DNA from: the human T2T-CHM13v2.0 reference genome, Homo sapiens
NCBI RefSeq assembly: GCF_009914755.1
Contig: NC_060942.1
DNA: 64,000 nucleotides
Strand: one strand, 5' to 3'
The translations under genes and the position numbers were made by a program. Below, in pieces: positions 47,634 to 63,329 of this stretch. How positions within the stretch are numbered: position 1 is the stretch's first letter; each line of letters starts with the position of its first letter. Under the pieces are notes generated by a model. It was not told where the DNA came from. It did not search any database and saw only the letters and a list, made by a program, of their open reading frames with translations.

Positions 47634-49125
47634 CAGAACATTGATGTGGTGGTTTATAGATGAAACCAAGTTGGGCACATGGTAAATGTTGAGGGTGAAT
47701 GATGGGAATCAAGGGTTCATTATATTATTCTACTTGTAGGCATGCTTGAAAATTTCCATAATAAAAAGTTTTAGAAATGGGATTATTCATCTGAAAATAT
47801 TTTTTATTTCTCTTCGTACATAAGTTTCTTAGCTCTTTGCTATTTGGTTGATTTAAGCATAGCCTTACAGATTATGGCTGCCCTAGAAAACTGCTCTGAT
47901 TTACCTACAATAATCACTCATCTAGACTAGATGAGAACAAGCGCTTGGAGTCTGGTGAAAGTATGTCTCACCATCATTTGCTTAGAAAATGCTAGAACTG
48001 GAAGCAGTTCTAAAGAGTCTCAGCCCGTCTCCAAAAGAGCAACTCCTATCTGCTCTTTAAACTAGGGCAGGATGAGGTCAATGGCCTGAGGAAAGATGCC
48101 TCACAGTTTTCCCAGAGTAATTCCTGGCAATAAGCTGGGCAACTCAACTTGGGTTTGTGAAGGTAATTCTCATGAATCTAGACTCAGGCTGCCTTGTTTC
48201 TTCTTCCTAGTATACTTGAAGTGACCCCATGGCCTAGCAGCTTGTTAGTCCTGGATGAGGTTTTCAAATTGGAGCCCTATTCGCTGGATAACCACTCTAG
48301 TCTCCTCCTGCCAGGCTGGCACTCCCTCTCATTTATTATGTCTCCAAATGCACTTTTGTGGGAGAGATGGATGTCACACGTAATGAGTGGCCTGCTGGCT
48401 TTTAGTCCTCTGCTTCAGCTGCTGCCATTCAACTTGCCAATCTGTTCCAGGTGTCCAATCTCCACTGGCCTCTGATGACAGACACCTGCCGTGGCAGGAC
48501 TGCCAACAGTCCGCCTACACCACAGCACAGTGGTGCCCTCGTCTGACCTACATGCCTTTTAGAATACCAAGCATCTTCTTCCTTTACTATTCCTCTGAAA
48601 GCTTCTCATTGCCTGCTCCTTGGTCCCTAGTTCTCTTTTCTCGCTTGGGAGAGTTAGGATAGGCTTGTGTCCAGCTTGTGAAAGAGGTGGGCTTCACAGC
48701 AGAGCTGCTTGTGCTTCTAGTGATGCTACTCATTCTTTTTATTGCAACCCTCTACTTTCCAGGACAAGTACTCTAGGCAGGGAGCCGGGAGATAAAAGGA
48801 GAGCACAGGCTCCCATTGTCTTGGGGAACCACTGTTCCCTCCAGCCCCCAGCCCTCACCACAAATCTGGCTCATTCTGGGCAGGGCTCTTGCTCTTTTCC
48901 TTACTGCTCACTGCTCCTGGGTTCTCTGAAAATCAAAGGTGTAGCTTAAGTGCTCCTGGTCACTACATGATGAGGAATTACCCCAAATATTTCCTGATAG
49001 ACAGAGTATTTTTCTACCCAGGGCACCAGAGGATCTCTGGGTGGGGTGACTTGCTGCTAACTCTATTCCCTGATCTAATGACGTCTGAGCCCAGATCATC
49101 TATCCCGTATCTTTAGGAAGTGAGA

Positions 49126-49402
49126 TTTTGTTTTGTTTTGGTTTTTTTTTTTGAGACAGAGTCTCGCTTTGTCACCCAGGCTGGTGTATAATGCCATGAT
49201 CTTGGCTCACTGCAACCTCAGCCTCCTAAGCAGCTGGGACTACAGGCGTGTGCCACCACGCTCAGCTAATTTTTGTGTTTGTAGTAGAAACGGGGTTTCG
49301 CCACATTGGCCAGGCTGGTCTTGAACTCCTGGCCTCAAGTGATCCACCCGCCTCAGCCTCCCAAAGTACTAGTATTACAAGCATGAGCCACCGTGCCTGG
49401 CC
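49126..49402 (-). mobile_element. AluS with internal deletion
   Basis: ctgcaacctc is joined directly to agcctcc. Confidence 0.92.
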
Positions 49403-49799
49403 TAGGGAATGAGGTTTTAAAACCAAGGTAGTTTTATTCTAGTGATTAAATGTATTCATGTTAAATAATTTTTATTTACCACTAACAACATTTTCTCAAT
49501 ATAATCTTACTTCCTGGAAGGTATTTTCTTAGCTTACGTTTTCAGCCTCTTTGTTTACCTTCAATTCGTGGGTGCATTCCTTGTGTAAATGCTTCATGTG
49601 CAGTGACAACTGTTATGTTACACTCCTCTTTCCTGCGGCTAAGAACTAGAATCTAAAGCAATCAGAAGGGTGAATAAACTAAGCAATCACCTGGGGTCCT
49701 AATCTACCACTTCAGCAAAATAAACCTCTCAGGTTCTTAGCCACATTTATTACAGAAGGCTTTATTCAAGCTAATCAAGTGCAAGTAATTAGAATCAGA

Positions 49800-50620
49800 C
49801 AGAAAAAAAGTCCCTATCATATTTCTGTTATAAAAAATCCTTCCCTATCTTAAACTTGTAAAGATATTGTACATTTTCTTCCAAAGTATTTAAGTTTCGA
49901 ACTTCCACATTTAAGTGTTTGATTCATCTAGAATTCGTATTTACATTTATGAAAGAGACCCATTTTCTTTTTTTCTTCCATATTAAATGATTATCCAAGC
50001 ACAATTTACCAAACCATCTATTCTTTCCCTCACTAATCTGCTATGCTAGCTCTATTACATATACCAGGACAATGAATTTTCATTTTCAGCAAGTTTTATC
50101 TCTTTCAGAAAGTTTCATTATTACACCCTTTTTTTCCCAAGACTTATTCCTAGGTATGTGACTTTTTTAAAGCTACTGTAAATATCTTCTCCCTCAGTTT
50201 TAATTGTAGTTTCTGTCTGTTAATGGTCCACGGAAATTTAATTGGCTGATTTTGTATATGGCAGCCTAGCCAAACTTTCTTACTCTAATAACTTCTACAA
50301 GTTTTCTACGGCGACGATGTCATCATATTTTTTATTTCTAAGTTTTATGTGTGTGTGTTTGGGTGTGGCCTCCAAATAATACTGAATAAAAAAGATGACA
50401 GCAGGCATCTTATTCCTGATAAGAACTGTTTTAATATGTTATTATCAAGTAGTTTAAGTTTTAACCAGATGAAGTTTTCTTCTATTTGTGATTTGCTAAT
50501 GTATGTATTGATCATTTTGAATAACTGTTTAATTTTGTTGAAATGTTTAAAATCTATTAGGTTGACCATATGGTTTACTCCTTTAATCTATTCATGTTAA
50601 TATAATGAATAACATTTACA
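49800..50620 (-). mobile_element. Old L1M ORF2 fragments
   Basis: AT-rich antisense L1-like text (ttattcctaggtat; agatgacagcaggcatcttattcctga). Confidence 0.55.
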
Positions 50621-53363
50621 GAATCATAACATGGATCCAACAGTTTCAGATTCTGACTAATTTGCTTTCTGTTAGTATCATCTACCCTGTATTTGGCGGC
50701 AAGGTTGAAGTAAATATCAGTATCTTTACCAAATATAATAAGTTGGGTAATATTGCTAACAAGTTAGAAGATTAGAGCTCAAAATAAACATAATAAATTA
50801 GGTCCAAGCTTTGAGAATTGCTCCCACGGAATGTGGCCAAGATGGCAATAAGCTCTGTAAATATAAACCTGACTACACTACGGTGTCCACTAATTTTCCA
50901 CAAAGCAACTTGATATTTTCTGGAAAAAAAGTACCACAGAAATGAAGGTGGTGAGATTTTAACAGCTTCCACATTAAACTTCTGTTGCACAAATAGTTCC
51001 ATGGCTAAAAAAGAAATTAAAGGTTGAAAACGCTTGTTCTATTTTACAAGCAAAAGTTAAGCTGGGATTTAATACTTTCTATGTGAACTACAATTTATAA
51101 TATTCTCTTTTCTCATTTTAAAAAATACACAGTCTCTCTTTAAAAAATAGTTTATAATCCGTATGTTTCCCATGTCTCCCTAAATTTATGTATTTCCCAG
51201 GGGGTACTACTGGTGGTATGGGGTGAGGGAGAAATGCAAGGTTCCTATGGGAAAGTTAAATAAATCATAAGTAAATGATTTTTTTTTAATAGTAAGGAAA
51301 ACAGAAATCTACGACGAGGTCAAATACAATTTTCACATGAATTTTAAAGATAAAACACAAGACTTCAAATAAATTTTTTGGTCACTTCAGGCTGATCCCC
51401 CAGGTCATGTAGCAACATATGCCTGTTTTTCTAAAACACAACCCAAACTACTATGAATACAAATTATTCTTGATATCAATATAAAAACTATTATAATCAT
51501 AGATTATTTATTATGCAATGTAGGGTGCAGGCAAGAGGGATGTGATAGCACTGAATACTCTTGTTTCCTATTCTAAAATTAAACTTTTAAATTATCTGTG
51601 GCATATGCTCTATCTATTTGATTAGAGAAGAACTTTATGAAAAAAGGGTTTTAAAAAACTCCTGTGAAAGCTACTTTTTAAAAATAGGAATTATGTATTC
51701 CCACATATTACACTGCTGACAATTTCCTAAGTTTTCCTCTTTCACTTTGAACAACTGAAGAACGTCATACTACATTTATAGGTTTAGTAAGTTGCATCTC
51801 ATTTATCAGTTACACTTTTCTGGTTAGGTCACCTGCTTGCATTTCTTTGTATTCTTCCTTAGTGACCTGTCCTGACTGCATTTGTTTTTGAAAGTTTAAT
51901 CTCATCTTAACTTTCACATTTGTACCATTCTGGGTTTGACTTTAGAACACAGAATGTATGAATATGGTATAATATAATTCTGTCAAATGCAAAATAACTA
52001 CTGTCATGATTATAGCACACATACGAAAGAACTACTGAGTCCTGACAAGCAATAAAGAAATCCCCTGTAGCTACAGCAGAGGACAGCATCTAAGCACAAT
52101 GCTTTTTCTGATATTAATAATACTGAATATCTGCATGCTTCTTTGAACTTTCCAAAGATTTCACCTGTGTTCTCATCAGACTGGCATGGTGTATGTGTTA
52201 AATAGTTAAAGACTGTCTTCTCTTTAGAGATTGGTAGGTCTGCCAAGTTTACTGTTAAGTATTTCATGTCTTAAATAGAATTTTGTACTGCACTCCAAAG
52301 AAACTGATAGTAACTACAGAGGGAATCGGGAAAGACACTCACTGCTGGACACATAATTTGCAATTATAAGCATGTTTGGAGGACAACCTCTAACCCAACA
52401 GAAGAAAACTGTTTTTATCTAGTTGGTTACCTAAAACTCACTAATCTTTTAAAAATAAATACAAACTGAGACATTTTTTGTTAACAAAGGGAAAATACAC
52501 ATAAGCCAGAGAAGTGATGCACACTTTTTTTTTCTAGAACAGTAGTCAAAACCATTGTGGCCAGAATCATAGTACAGAAATGGAATTAGAGTTACACAAC
52601 CTACAAATATTAAACAAAAAATTATTTTCCAGCAATTACCATTAATAACTCCTTACCCAAAAAGTAATTTTTATAATGACAACAGAATACATCCTTCACT
52701 GATCATTTTATAAAATATTTTACTATATGAACACTAGCATGCATATACACCACTGTCTCTCTAAACTTGGGCTGAAATCAGAGAACTGTGGGTATCTATT
52801 ACGTCTCATTAATTCGGGACAATCTCTAGGACCAAGCCATTAAGGGGATAAAAACATACTAATGTTATTAGACAGTATAAAATGGGTATGTTCAGCAAGT
52901 CCTGGGTCTTAATAAAAGTCTTTGTTTAAATTTAACTAAATTGCATCAACAGACTGGCAACATTGCCACTCATTCTTAATAAAACCAACTAGAAGATCAA
53001 ATGGCCAGAAACTAAAATAGCAATGGAAGGCAGAGTCATAAAAGATGTATGATGAGAAAGGGCACATAGGATCAGTTTTAACAGGTAGTTCTGAATAACC
53101 TTTCTAAATCACCAACTAAAGGATTTATGTGCCCCTCTAAGAACATGATTGCTAAGCCCATGTGCTCTGTTCCTACAATTATAGATGATTCTCTTAAATG
53201 GACAGAGGAAAAAGTGCTTAAGTTAAATGCTTTCTTTGAGGTGATATAGCAATATAAATCCCCTACACGGGGAAAAATGAAGACAAGACATATATTTCTT
53301 TATGAATCCAAATGTACTTTATCGTAAAAACGCAGCAGTGACAACTGTCAGAGGCGATCCTAC

Positions 53364-53520
53364 CTGTGTTTCTTGATGCCATTGGAGAGAGCATCTCCGC
53401 CACCACAGTCTTTTTCTTCGGACATTCTGTGTTTTCTACTGCCCAAATGCTCTCCTTCCTCTTCAAAGGAGCGTGCTGTCACTGCTTCCAATCTACTCAG
53501 GGACCTTTCGGACTCGGAAT
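53364..53520 (-). CDS. OSBPL1A: OSBPL1A coding exon, 157 nt (phase 1 to 2), just downstream of the FFAT motif; contains the ORP1S start codon
   Basis: Minus strand ...ctgccacag|ATTCCGAG...AAACACAG|gtagga. Translates (D)SESERSLSRLEAVTARSFEEEGEHLGSRKHRMSEEKDCGGGDALSNGIKKH(R). ATG at 53425-53423. Confidence 0.97.
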
Positions 53521-54002
53521 CTGTGGCAGAGCAGGTTCATAGTTAATGAATTGAACTTGGGTGTGAGGCTTCCGTAACAATGGATCCCTCCCTTCATGCC
53601 TCAGGCTTTGAAACCTAAGCAGCCTACTTTGTCCCTCAACAATCCATCTGTTAACTACCTCCTCAGGGATTTCACAGAACCTGCACCTAATATAAGGCTG
53701 AAGTGGATTTATCAAACAGAGGTACACTTACATAAGCTTACAAGTAAACAGATCTCACATAGTAAAAGACATCTCCAAAGATTACTCAGTTCTTTACGAA
53801 ATCATATTCAGTGGTTGCCCCCAAAATTTCCACCTCTTTCTTCCCTCACAAAGCATCTTAAGTATAACTTCCAAAAAAATTTTAATTTTTAAAACTCATG
53901 TATAATGAAAAAGCTGTAGTAGCTAGCTGTCCTTATGAGAAGTTTAAATTACATCCAATACTGTAGACATAAAAGTAAAGTAATTTAAAAATACTTTAAA
54001 AA

Positions 54003-54310
54003 GGTCGGGTCAGTGGCTCACACCTGTAATCCCAGTACTATGGGAGGCTGGGATGGGAGGACTGATTGAGGACAGGAGTTCAAGACCAGCCTGGGCAAGA
54101 CAGCAAGACCTCATCTCTACAAAAAGTTTCAAAACAAAAAAATAACAGCCAGGTATGGTGGTGTGCACCTGTAGTCCCAGCTACTGGGGAGGCTGAGGCA
54201 GGAAGATCACTTGAGGACAGGAGTTGAGAGACTGCAGTGAGCTATGATCACACCACTGCACTCCAGCCTGGGCAGAGTGAGACCCTGTCTCTATACAAAA
54301 ATAAATAAAA
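54003..54310 (+). mobile_element. AluJ
   Basis: Diverged dimer. TSD-like aaaatacttt(t)aaaa. Confidence 0.9.
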
Positions 54311-55172
54311 TACTTTTAAAAATACTTTTTCCAGGATGATAATATTTAAATTCTCAAGGACAAAAGCCCGAAGCAACCCTATAGTAATTGTCAGGCAGGC
54401 ATTCTTAGGATGGAAAGGTCACATTTCCAATTGGCTATATATTCAGAGTGGTGCCATCTGCCAGTTTGGGAAGAAGACAACGCATTTTTGTACACGACAG
54501 TAGCGTTTTCAGGCATTTCACATTCTTCATCTCTTTTGAGCATCAAAAGGATGCTTTAGTGGAGGTGAGGTAGGACAATGTGGTTATTAACAAGCATGCT
54601 AATGGTCTCTCATGGCTTGTGAGTGGGCAAGACAGGATTTGAACCCAGGTTTTCTGACTCCTTGTTTAATGTTTTATGTATTTTGGCTCAAAACAGCAGT
54701 CACTCAGTCTCCATCAAACTTTAAATGGTGCCTGAGTTTTTCATTAAAATGGAAATTCACGACGACCTCCAACTTCCCATCTTAAGCAGAGGACAAGCCA
54801 TTCCCTCATCCTCAGCTCTAAGAAAGGCTCTGATACACATTCCAGCAAACTTCCTATTTCAATAAATTTATCAACAATCTGCTAAATTTGTATTATAGCT
54901 AAACTGGTCAGGAAATAACAACGTTTTAGTGCTTTCTTTTTCCACTACTGCATTACATAATTCAGCAAAAATCACAGAACCTTACTGTTACCACATTAGG
55001 CTGACTTAGGAGAACGACGGTTGGACCAGCCCAAGTGCAGGTTAGATAATGCACCTTCGGCTCTCAACGCTGGACCCTATAAATGATCTAAGTTACCTGC
55101 AGAAAGGCTTTTAATGTTGGGAAAGTTTTGTTTTCTGTAAATATAACTTTAGTAAAATTTCTGAAAATATAG

Positions 55173-55515
<343 letters not shown>

Positions 55516-57241
55516 AGAAACGGACATTTTAATAATACATTTAAAGAGACATTTATTTTTCTTTGTCAATTTTGGCAGAAGGAAACAAACTATCATTGAA
55601 AAAAAATTAAAAACAACCTAAATAGTCAATAAGAGGGGGACAGTTGCCTGTCAGATGAAATAAGTTATTAACATTATGTTTACAAGAACAACTTAATGAA
55701 ATAAAAGATTGTTTTTAACATACATAATGCTAAGACAAAAAAAACCCAGGATAATGCTTTGCAACTCTAAAATACAAGTAAAGAAATAATTTCTCTGCAT
55801 TGAAGAAAGGCCAGTCTGGTTCAGGTAAACAGATGTCTGAAAACATGGGAGCAATACAATGACAGAAGTTTGTTTAGGGCACGTGTGGAAAGAGATCAGT
55901 TAGTTTTCTGGAGTAGGCACAGGGTTGTCAGGAAAGGCTGCAAAGGAGAGATGGCACAACGGCAAATTTTGAAACAGTGGAATTGGTGCTCGGGCGGAGG
56001 TGAGAGAGGTGCTCCAGGAGGCGGCAGGAACAAGACCTGCATCAGGGATGATAACAGCCATCTTGGGGTGGGGGTGGTTCCACTCCAACATTTTGAAGTT
56101 TGTTTCACTTGAGAAAAAAAATGTAAAAAATCAAAATAATTTCGTCTGTACTGGTATTATTTAAGACACAGTATTAGTTTATGATTTAGAAGTCATGAAA
56201 ATCATAAAGCAATGAAGCAAAATACCTCAAGCATTTATGCACAGGATTGTGTGTTTGCAATTTAAGAGACATCAATCATAAGGCAGGGACTTACCCACCT
56301 AAAAAGAATTTTTTTTAGCAAAAGCAGACATAAACATTAAACACGGAACAGTAAGAGCTTCTATGAAGCAAAGACGGACTTCGCAGAACAAGATTTCAAC
56401 TCAGTGACTACATAAAGATCTACGACCCACAAACTCATCAGTCACACTGAGAACCCCTGCGTGGGACCACTGCACTGACCCCTAGGGATGCTCCATCAGA
56501 TGACAGTGCAGACCCTGTCCTCTGTGATTAGCAGCCCGACTCACCCCCTCTGTGCCCCCTCTTTGTCCTTACTCTTCTCCCTGTCTCCCTGTGCCTCCAC
56601 CTCTTTCTTCCCCCTCCCCTCACCCCCCTCCTTACTCCTCCTCTATACTTTGCTCTCAAACCTCTCGCTATAATATAGTCAGGCTATCCCCACCCTTCCC
56701 CTAAAGGGCTCTAAGAAAGGTCGCTAATTACTTCCACATTGCAAAGTACAATGGTCATTTTTCAATTCTTATTTTGACTCATCCACCACATCTGATGCTG
56801 CTGAATTCATTCCTCCCTTCCTCATATCTTGCAAGGCCTGTGAAGTGAAGGAAGCATAAGATCTGGTCCCTGCGCATGGCCCAGCAGCGGGGAAGTGTTT
56901 TGTGAACAAACGAGTTCAGTAGATTTCTCTAGGTGATCACAGGAGTCTGAATGGGGGCAGCGGGCTACAAAGGAGGCATCAGTCAACTTTACAGAGTGGA
57001 GAATGTTGTATCAGGAAAGAACTGTGGCTGATGATTGAGCTGCGTTCGCTGACAAGGAGTAAGAGTGGGGATGAGGACAGTTACAATACAGGAGCTGTCC
57101 CAAGCAATAAGAACACCATGGCCAACACAGCGAGGAATGCACTGTGCAGTGAGATGGCAGTGGAAGGCACAGAACGGGCAGACATGAGACTGTGAGTCAG
57201 TCTTAAAGCTGACTACATAGGATAAATAAAAAGCAAACACA

Positions 57242-57535
57242 GGCTGGGCGCGGTGGCTCACACCTGTAATCCCAGCACTTGGGGAGGCTGAGGTGGGTGT
57301 ATCACTTGAGGTCAGGAGTTCAAGACCAGACTGGCCAACATGATGAAACCCTATCTCTACCAAAAATACAAAAATTAGCCCGGCATAGTGGCACTCCCCT
57401 GCAATCCCAGTTACTCGGAAGGCTGAGGCAGGAAGAACTGCTTGAACCCAGGAGGTGGAGGTTGCAGTGAGCTAAGATTGAACCACTGTACTCCAGCCTG
57501 GGAGAGACAGCGAGACTCTGTCTCAAAAGAAAAAG
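57242..57535 (+). mobile_element. AluS
   Basis: Alu dimer. Confidence 0.95.
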
Positions 57536-58020
57536 GTAGGTAGCGGGAAGAAATATAAAATGAAGCTAGGGATGAGGTAGTCTCCCGATACATGTCATGA
57601 GGTTCTGTATACTCACTAGAGAGGAATCATAAACTCTGAGCTTTGTAGTTTCAAAGGCAAAGAAGTAAACATCAATTACATGATTTACAGTGCCTGTGAA
57701 ATAAAAACTAGTTGCTTAAAAGCCAAAGCTCAGTGATTTCTAGTGCAATGAATAGAGAGATGTGGAATGTATACTGTGTGAAATAGTTTGGGCTTGCTCT
57801 GTCAGTAACAGAGAACCATTCTTGAGAGATTATACCTTCAAAGCCTTGGTCACACCAATCTATCGCTAGTACAGCATCGTTTCATGTGGAGACTCATGGT
57901 TCTATAGATATTTCAGTTTAAACATGTTTAGCTCAATACCAAAGAGGGCATAGCCACTGTGGAGGTTGCTGATGAAAGTCAAAGCCTATCCATAGAAGTT
58001 ATTTTCAAGTCTCCCTGTAA

Positions 58021-58385
<365 letters not shown>

Positions 58386-58569
58386 TAAAATTCTGGGTTC
58401 TTCAATGTTCCCCCACATATAAACATCAAAATGTTAGTGGGTAATATATTAATGCCTTAGTAGAAAGCATGAAGGGAAGAGGTGCATCCTGCCTCCCATG
58501 TGCTGGTTGCAGTGCTCTCTTGCAGTAGGGTTAGGCCACGACACTCAGGCTTTCAGGACAAACAAGGAG

Positions 58570-58760
58570 AGGGAGGAGGGAGGAATGGGGAGTTGGTAGT
58601 TAATGGGGATGGAGTTTCAGTTTGGGATGACAAAAAAGTTCTGGAGAGAGATGGTGGTGATGGTTGCATAGGAAAGTAAAGGTTCTTAATCCCACTGCAT
58701 TGTACACTCAAAAAGGGTCACGTTGGAAAGTCTATGTTATGTATATTTTACAATAAAAAC
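58570..58760 (+). mobile_element. L1MB 3' UTR fragment
   Basis: gaatggggagtt...gagtttcagtttgggatga...agttctggagagagatggtggtgatggttgca. Confidence 0.85.
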
Positions 58761-59292
58761 AACAACAAACAAACAAAAACCAGGCAAACACACAAAAACC
58801 TGTCCCTAAAAGCCAATGAGCTAGCTATCATGTTGGATGCATGGACTATATTCTGGTCTGGTTAACTCTTACCTCATTGCCAGGAAAACTGGTTGATTTT
58901 TCTAGAGCCATATTTTTTTAATGCAGCAGAAGGAAGGTATTTTTACAATATACATAGCTAGACTTCAGACAATGGCAGCCTGTCGTTATTCTTTTTATTT
59001 CCCACTCCATTTTCTCCTTAATAAACATATACGTTTCTATAACAGGCAAAACCACTCAAAAATTTTAGGAAACTTCTGACCCCTGAAAAACAGCATAAAA
59101 GATTTATGAAATAGCCCTACATTATTTACTGAACTTTTGATGAGCACTTAGGAAAATCTGTGCAGCCCTGAGTAATGACGGGAAATGGAATACTCTTGAT
59201 AAGCACTTATTTGTGGGTGTGTTTACTCCCATCTAGTTCCAAAAGGATTCAGGTGACTCAGTCGATGATTATATTTTATAGGGAAACCATCA

Positions 59293-59410
59293 AGCCACGT
59301 GCAGTGGTGTGCACCTGTAGTCACAGCTGCTCGGCAGGCTGAGGTGGAGGATCACTTAAGCCCAGGAGTTTGAGACTGGGCAACAGAGCGAGACCCTGTC
59401 TCTCAAAAAC
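59293..59410 (+). mobile_element. Alu monomer (FLAM-like)
   Basis: Single arm of about 115 bp. Confidence 0.8.
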
Positions 59411-59549
59411 ATTAAGAAGTGTCAGAATAACACCTTGAAAAACATATATTTTACAAGATAAAATGCTCTAGTTTACAGAAGCATTGAAGGTGGACAGAAT
59501 CTTTACCTGATTAGTTCCTCAATTAAAACAGCAGTATTAATAGAATTAA

Positions 59550-59908
<359 letters not shown>

Positions 59909-61883
59909 TTTAAGATCTTTAAAGTTCTGTCCATGTTAGAACTCAGAATTATTTTAAACACATTCAGATTGAACACAGTCTCCTTTCTCATCAAAATAGC
60001 ATGGAAGCCAATGAATGGCTATTGCCGGGTTATGGTGACTTTAACTTTACTCTAGAATTAAGATCCTGACCGCTATGCTCCTTTTTGTAATTGAGTGAGA
60101 GAACTTTCCAAGAGTTGATTTGTTAATTTTTCCTACTATTAAAAGGCTGAAAGAAGAGGCCATAAAGTTCACAATATAAACATGCCAACAATTCTTGTAA
60201 GTTATCCTGATAAGCACTTTTTTATCCTGACCTTTGGAAACCAGCCTGAGAACAAATAGTACACAAAGCAGCAAGATGGGGAAGAACTGTGGATAATGTC
60301 CAAGTCACCCTTCCTCCTGTTACTGAAGGTAACAGAAAACAGCCAGGAAACGCACACATGCTTAATTTAATACCTTTATTGTTTACGGTTTCCCACGTAC
60401 CAGGCATGTTCTGAAAATGTCCAAAGCAACCCAAGGTACAGCTTAAAATATCAGTGCCAAATTTTTATTTAGCCTTGAGGTACAACTGCATAAACTCAGA
60501 AATAGCACAGTAAATATGAAGAACACAAAGAAAGTAAACACAACCTAACATATTTAAAGTGAATCATAAACTGAAAACCGGGATGAGTCCAGAGGGGGCT
60601 GCCAAGAGACTGCTGCAATAATTTACTAAGGAAGTGACAAAAGCTTGAAACAGATTCTTGGCAGCAAGCAACAAGAGTCGGAGACATTCTAGACAGATCC
60701 TCTCTGAATGATGTCCAAGGTCAAAATTAGCCAAATGGTAGGGTATTGCTTGTGACAGAGTTTCTTAAAAGTACCGGCTCATCCCCAAGCAACTAAATCT
60801 ACTACTGTTTTCTACAATTTGTAACATCTGCACATGTAATGGAACATGAGGAGTTATACAAACCGTAGTGTGTGGGCTACTGGAAATCTTACGTGGATCT
60901 ATTTTGGGCTACCAAATCCAGAGCTTCCCAATTTGTCTTGTTTCTCAACATTATTTTTAGGAAGGTCACATTATGCATTAACTCTACAAAGAAAACAATT
61001 CTAGAACTAAAGGCCAGTTGCAGAATAATCCATAGTTAGAAAACAAAGTATTTTCATGTGACTTCGATGTAATAAGTCAACATTTACTAAGTACCTACCA
61101 CACATCAGGTAAAGTGCAAGTTGCTGAAGCAGTTTGGAAAGATGAATGAGATATGGCTGGTGCCCTCCAAGTGTTCAAGATTTAAAAGATGTACTCTTAC
61201 ATCTGCTGAGAAATGCTAAAACTGGTTTCAGTTTCATGATATAACTATCTATTGGTTTTGCCCATCTACGCTATCGGATTTTATGCATTATTCATGCACA
61301 TTTCAACCAAAATAGCATTAAGGGGAACGCTTAGCAAGAAAGCCTTTCTAGAGCAACTGATCTCAACATGTTTCTCAAAAGGAAAATGAACACACAGTAA
61401 GAAAAGTAATGCGTTCTGAACCTACAATATTCAAAGAGCAGGAATTTTCCGTGAAACTGCTCTCAGACTAGTTACTAAAGAAAAACCACCATGAAATTAG
61501 TTATTTAACCAGTAATAAGTGTTTCAAAAACAACTCCTTAGAAGATTATGAGAGATTCCTAAAGTCATGTACCTTTAGTTTTCTCTCCTTTAACTAATTT
61601 TCATCTGCCCCCTCCCTGGTAGCAGTATCCTATCTCCAACTTTACTGTAAACCCCTTGGGAACAAATGTCATTTTCTAATATCAATACTATCTCATCCCT
61701 CCTTCCTCCTTTGCTACCCATCCCTACTCTCCCCTGCAGAATCCAAAGTGGTGAATATAGATGCATAAAATCACCATGCATTCCTGATTATCTTAGGCTC
61801 ATTATTGAATAACAATATATTTTTAGGGAGGACAGAAACATCAATGACATTTCTTCAACAACCTGCATTCGACAAGCATTTAG

Positions 61884-62270
<387 letters not shown>

Positions 62271-63329
62271 GGGTCCTATTATCTTACAAACAAAACACAA
62301 GGAGGCTATAAAAGAGATGTAAACTGAAGGAAACACAAAAAAAGAAACTAATTCTGCCCGGAGGAGTCAGGAAAGGCTACCCAGGAGAAGAGGTATTTGA
62401 GAGCCTTGGTGGACAAAGTAGCAAAAAGAAAAAACAACACTGATAGGGTAGAAATATATATGAATATATATGAAGAACCACTTTCTTCTTCTATAAAGCA
62501 TTTCTATAAGCTTATTTGAAGAATACTTTATCCACAGTGGTTTCTCATGATATCTTTTTGTTTCAATGCGCATGAATGTCTAGCCCTTTTCCCAGGAAGT
62601 GTTCCCTTACAGCTATATCCGAAATTTCACTTGACATAACCATTTCATTCCTTAAACACACCCACTCCCACACCCACACACGCAATGAGGACAAAATGTG
62701 AGGCTTCATTAAATTTATCTCCTTTTAAATAAGTTTACACAATGGAATTTAATCAAATTTGTGGGGAAAAAAATCTGTGTGCTTTATGGAGTTTTATGAA
62801 ATGTTTCGTCACTGAGCTTACTGGAAAAATAATTTTCTCAAGCGATCCCAGGGGGGACGCCAGGGGGCTGGAAAAATTCCTCTCTTACACTGCTGGCTCT
62901 GCACCAAGGCTTGCTTCACCCACCTTATGAGTAGATTTCCATTGATCTTGCTTATCTGAAAAAGCTTAAAGGGATATGATAAAGGGAAACAGGAAACCAC
63001 ATGGACTTTAGATCTAATGAAGTTATCCCTTTATTTTAAAGTAACACGAGTTAACAACTTTTTAAAAGATTAAACATTTAGTGAAAATATTTTTTAAATC
63101 TTTTAAGAAGAGTAAGTTGAAAAATCTTTTTTTTTCATACCTTCTCAATATCAGGATAGGCTTGATTTCATCTATCGTCATGATTTAGTTGTTAAAATTA
63201 AGCTTCAAATGAAGTGGAGGTTTGTATACTTTTCATTGCTCTTTTCTAACTGTGCATCCAACTGCCTGACATCACTACTGCATCTGAGGCCTGGAGGAGG
63301 CACTGGTATAGTAAGTGGAGGGAACAAGG

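Noticed and set aside
51833-52267. Minus-strand 85-aa ORF and a purine-rich exon-like stretch ending CAG|gtgacc
   Set aside because: Weak splice sites, an early stop in the phase-2 frame, and no recognisable homology.
56550-56650. Pyrimidine-rich tract, possible G-quadruplex or H-DNA
   Set aside because: Only three clear G runs of 3 or more and no good mirror symmetry. It looks like ordinary low-complexity sequence.
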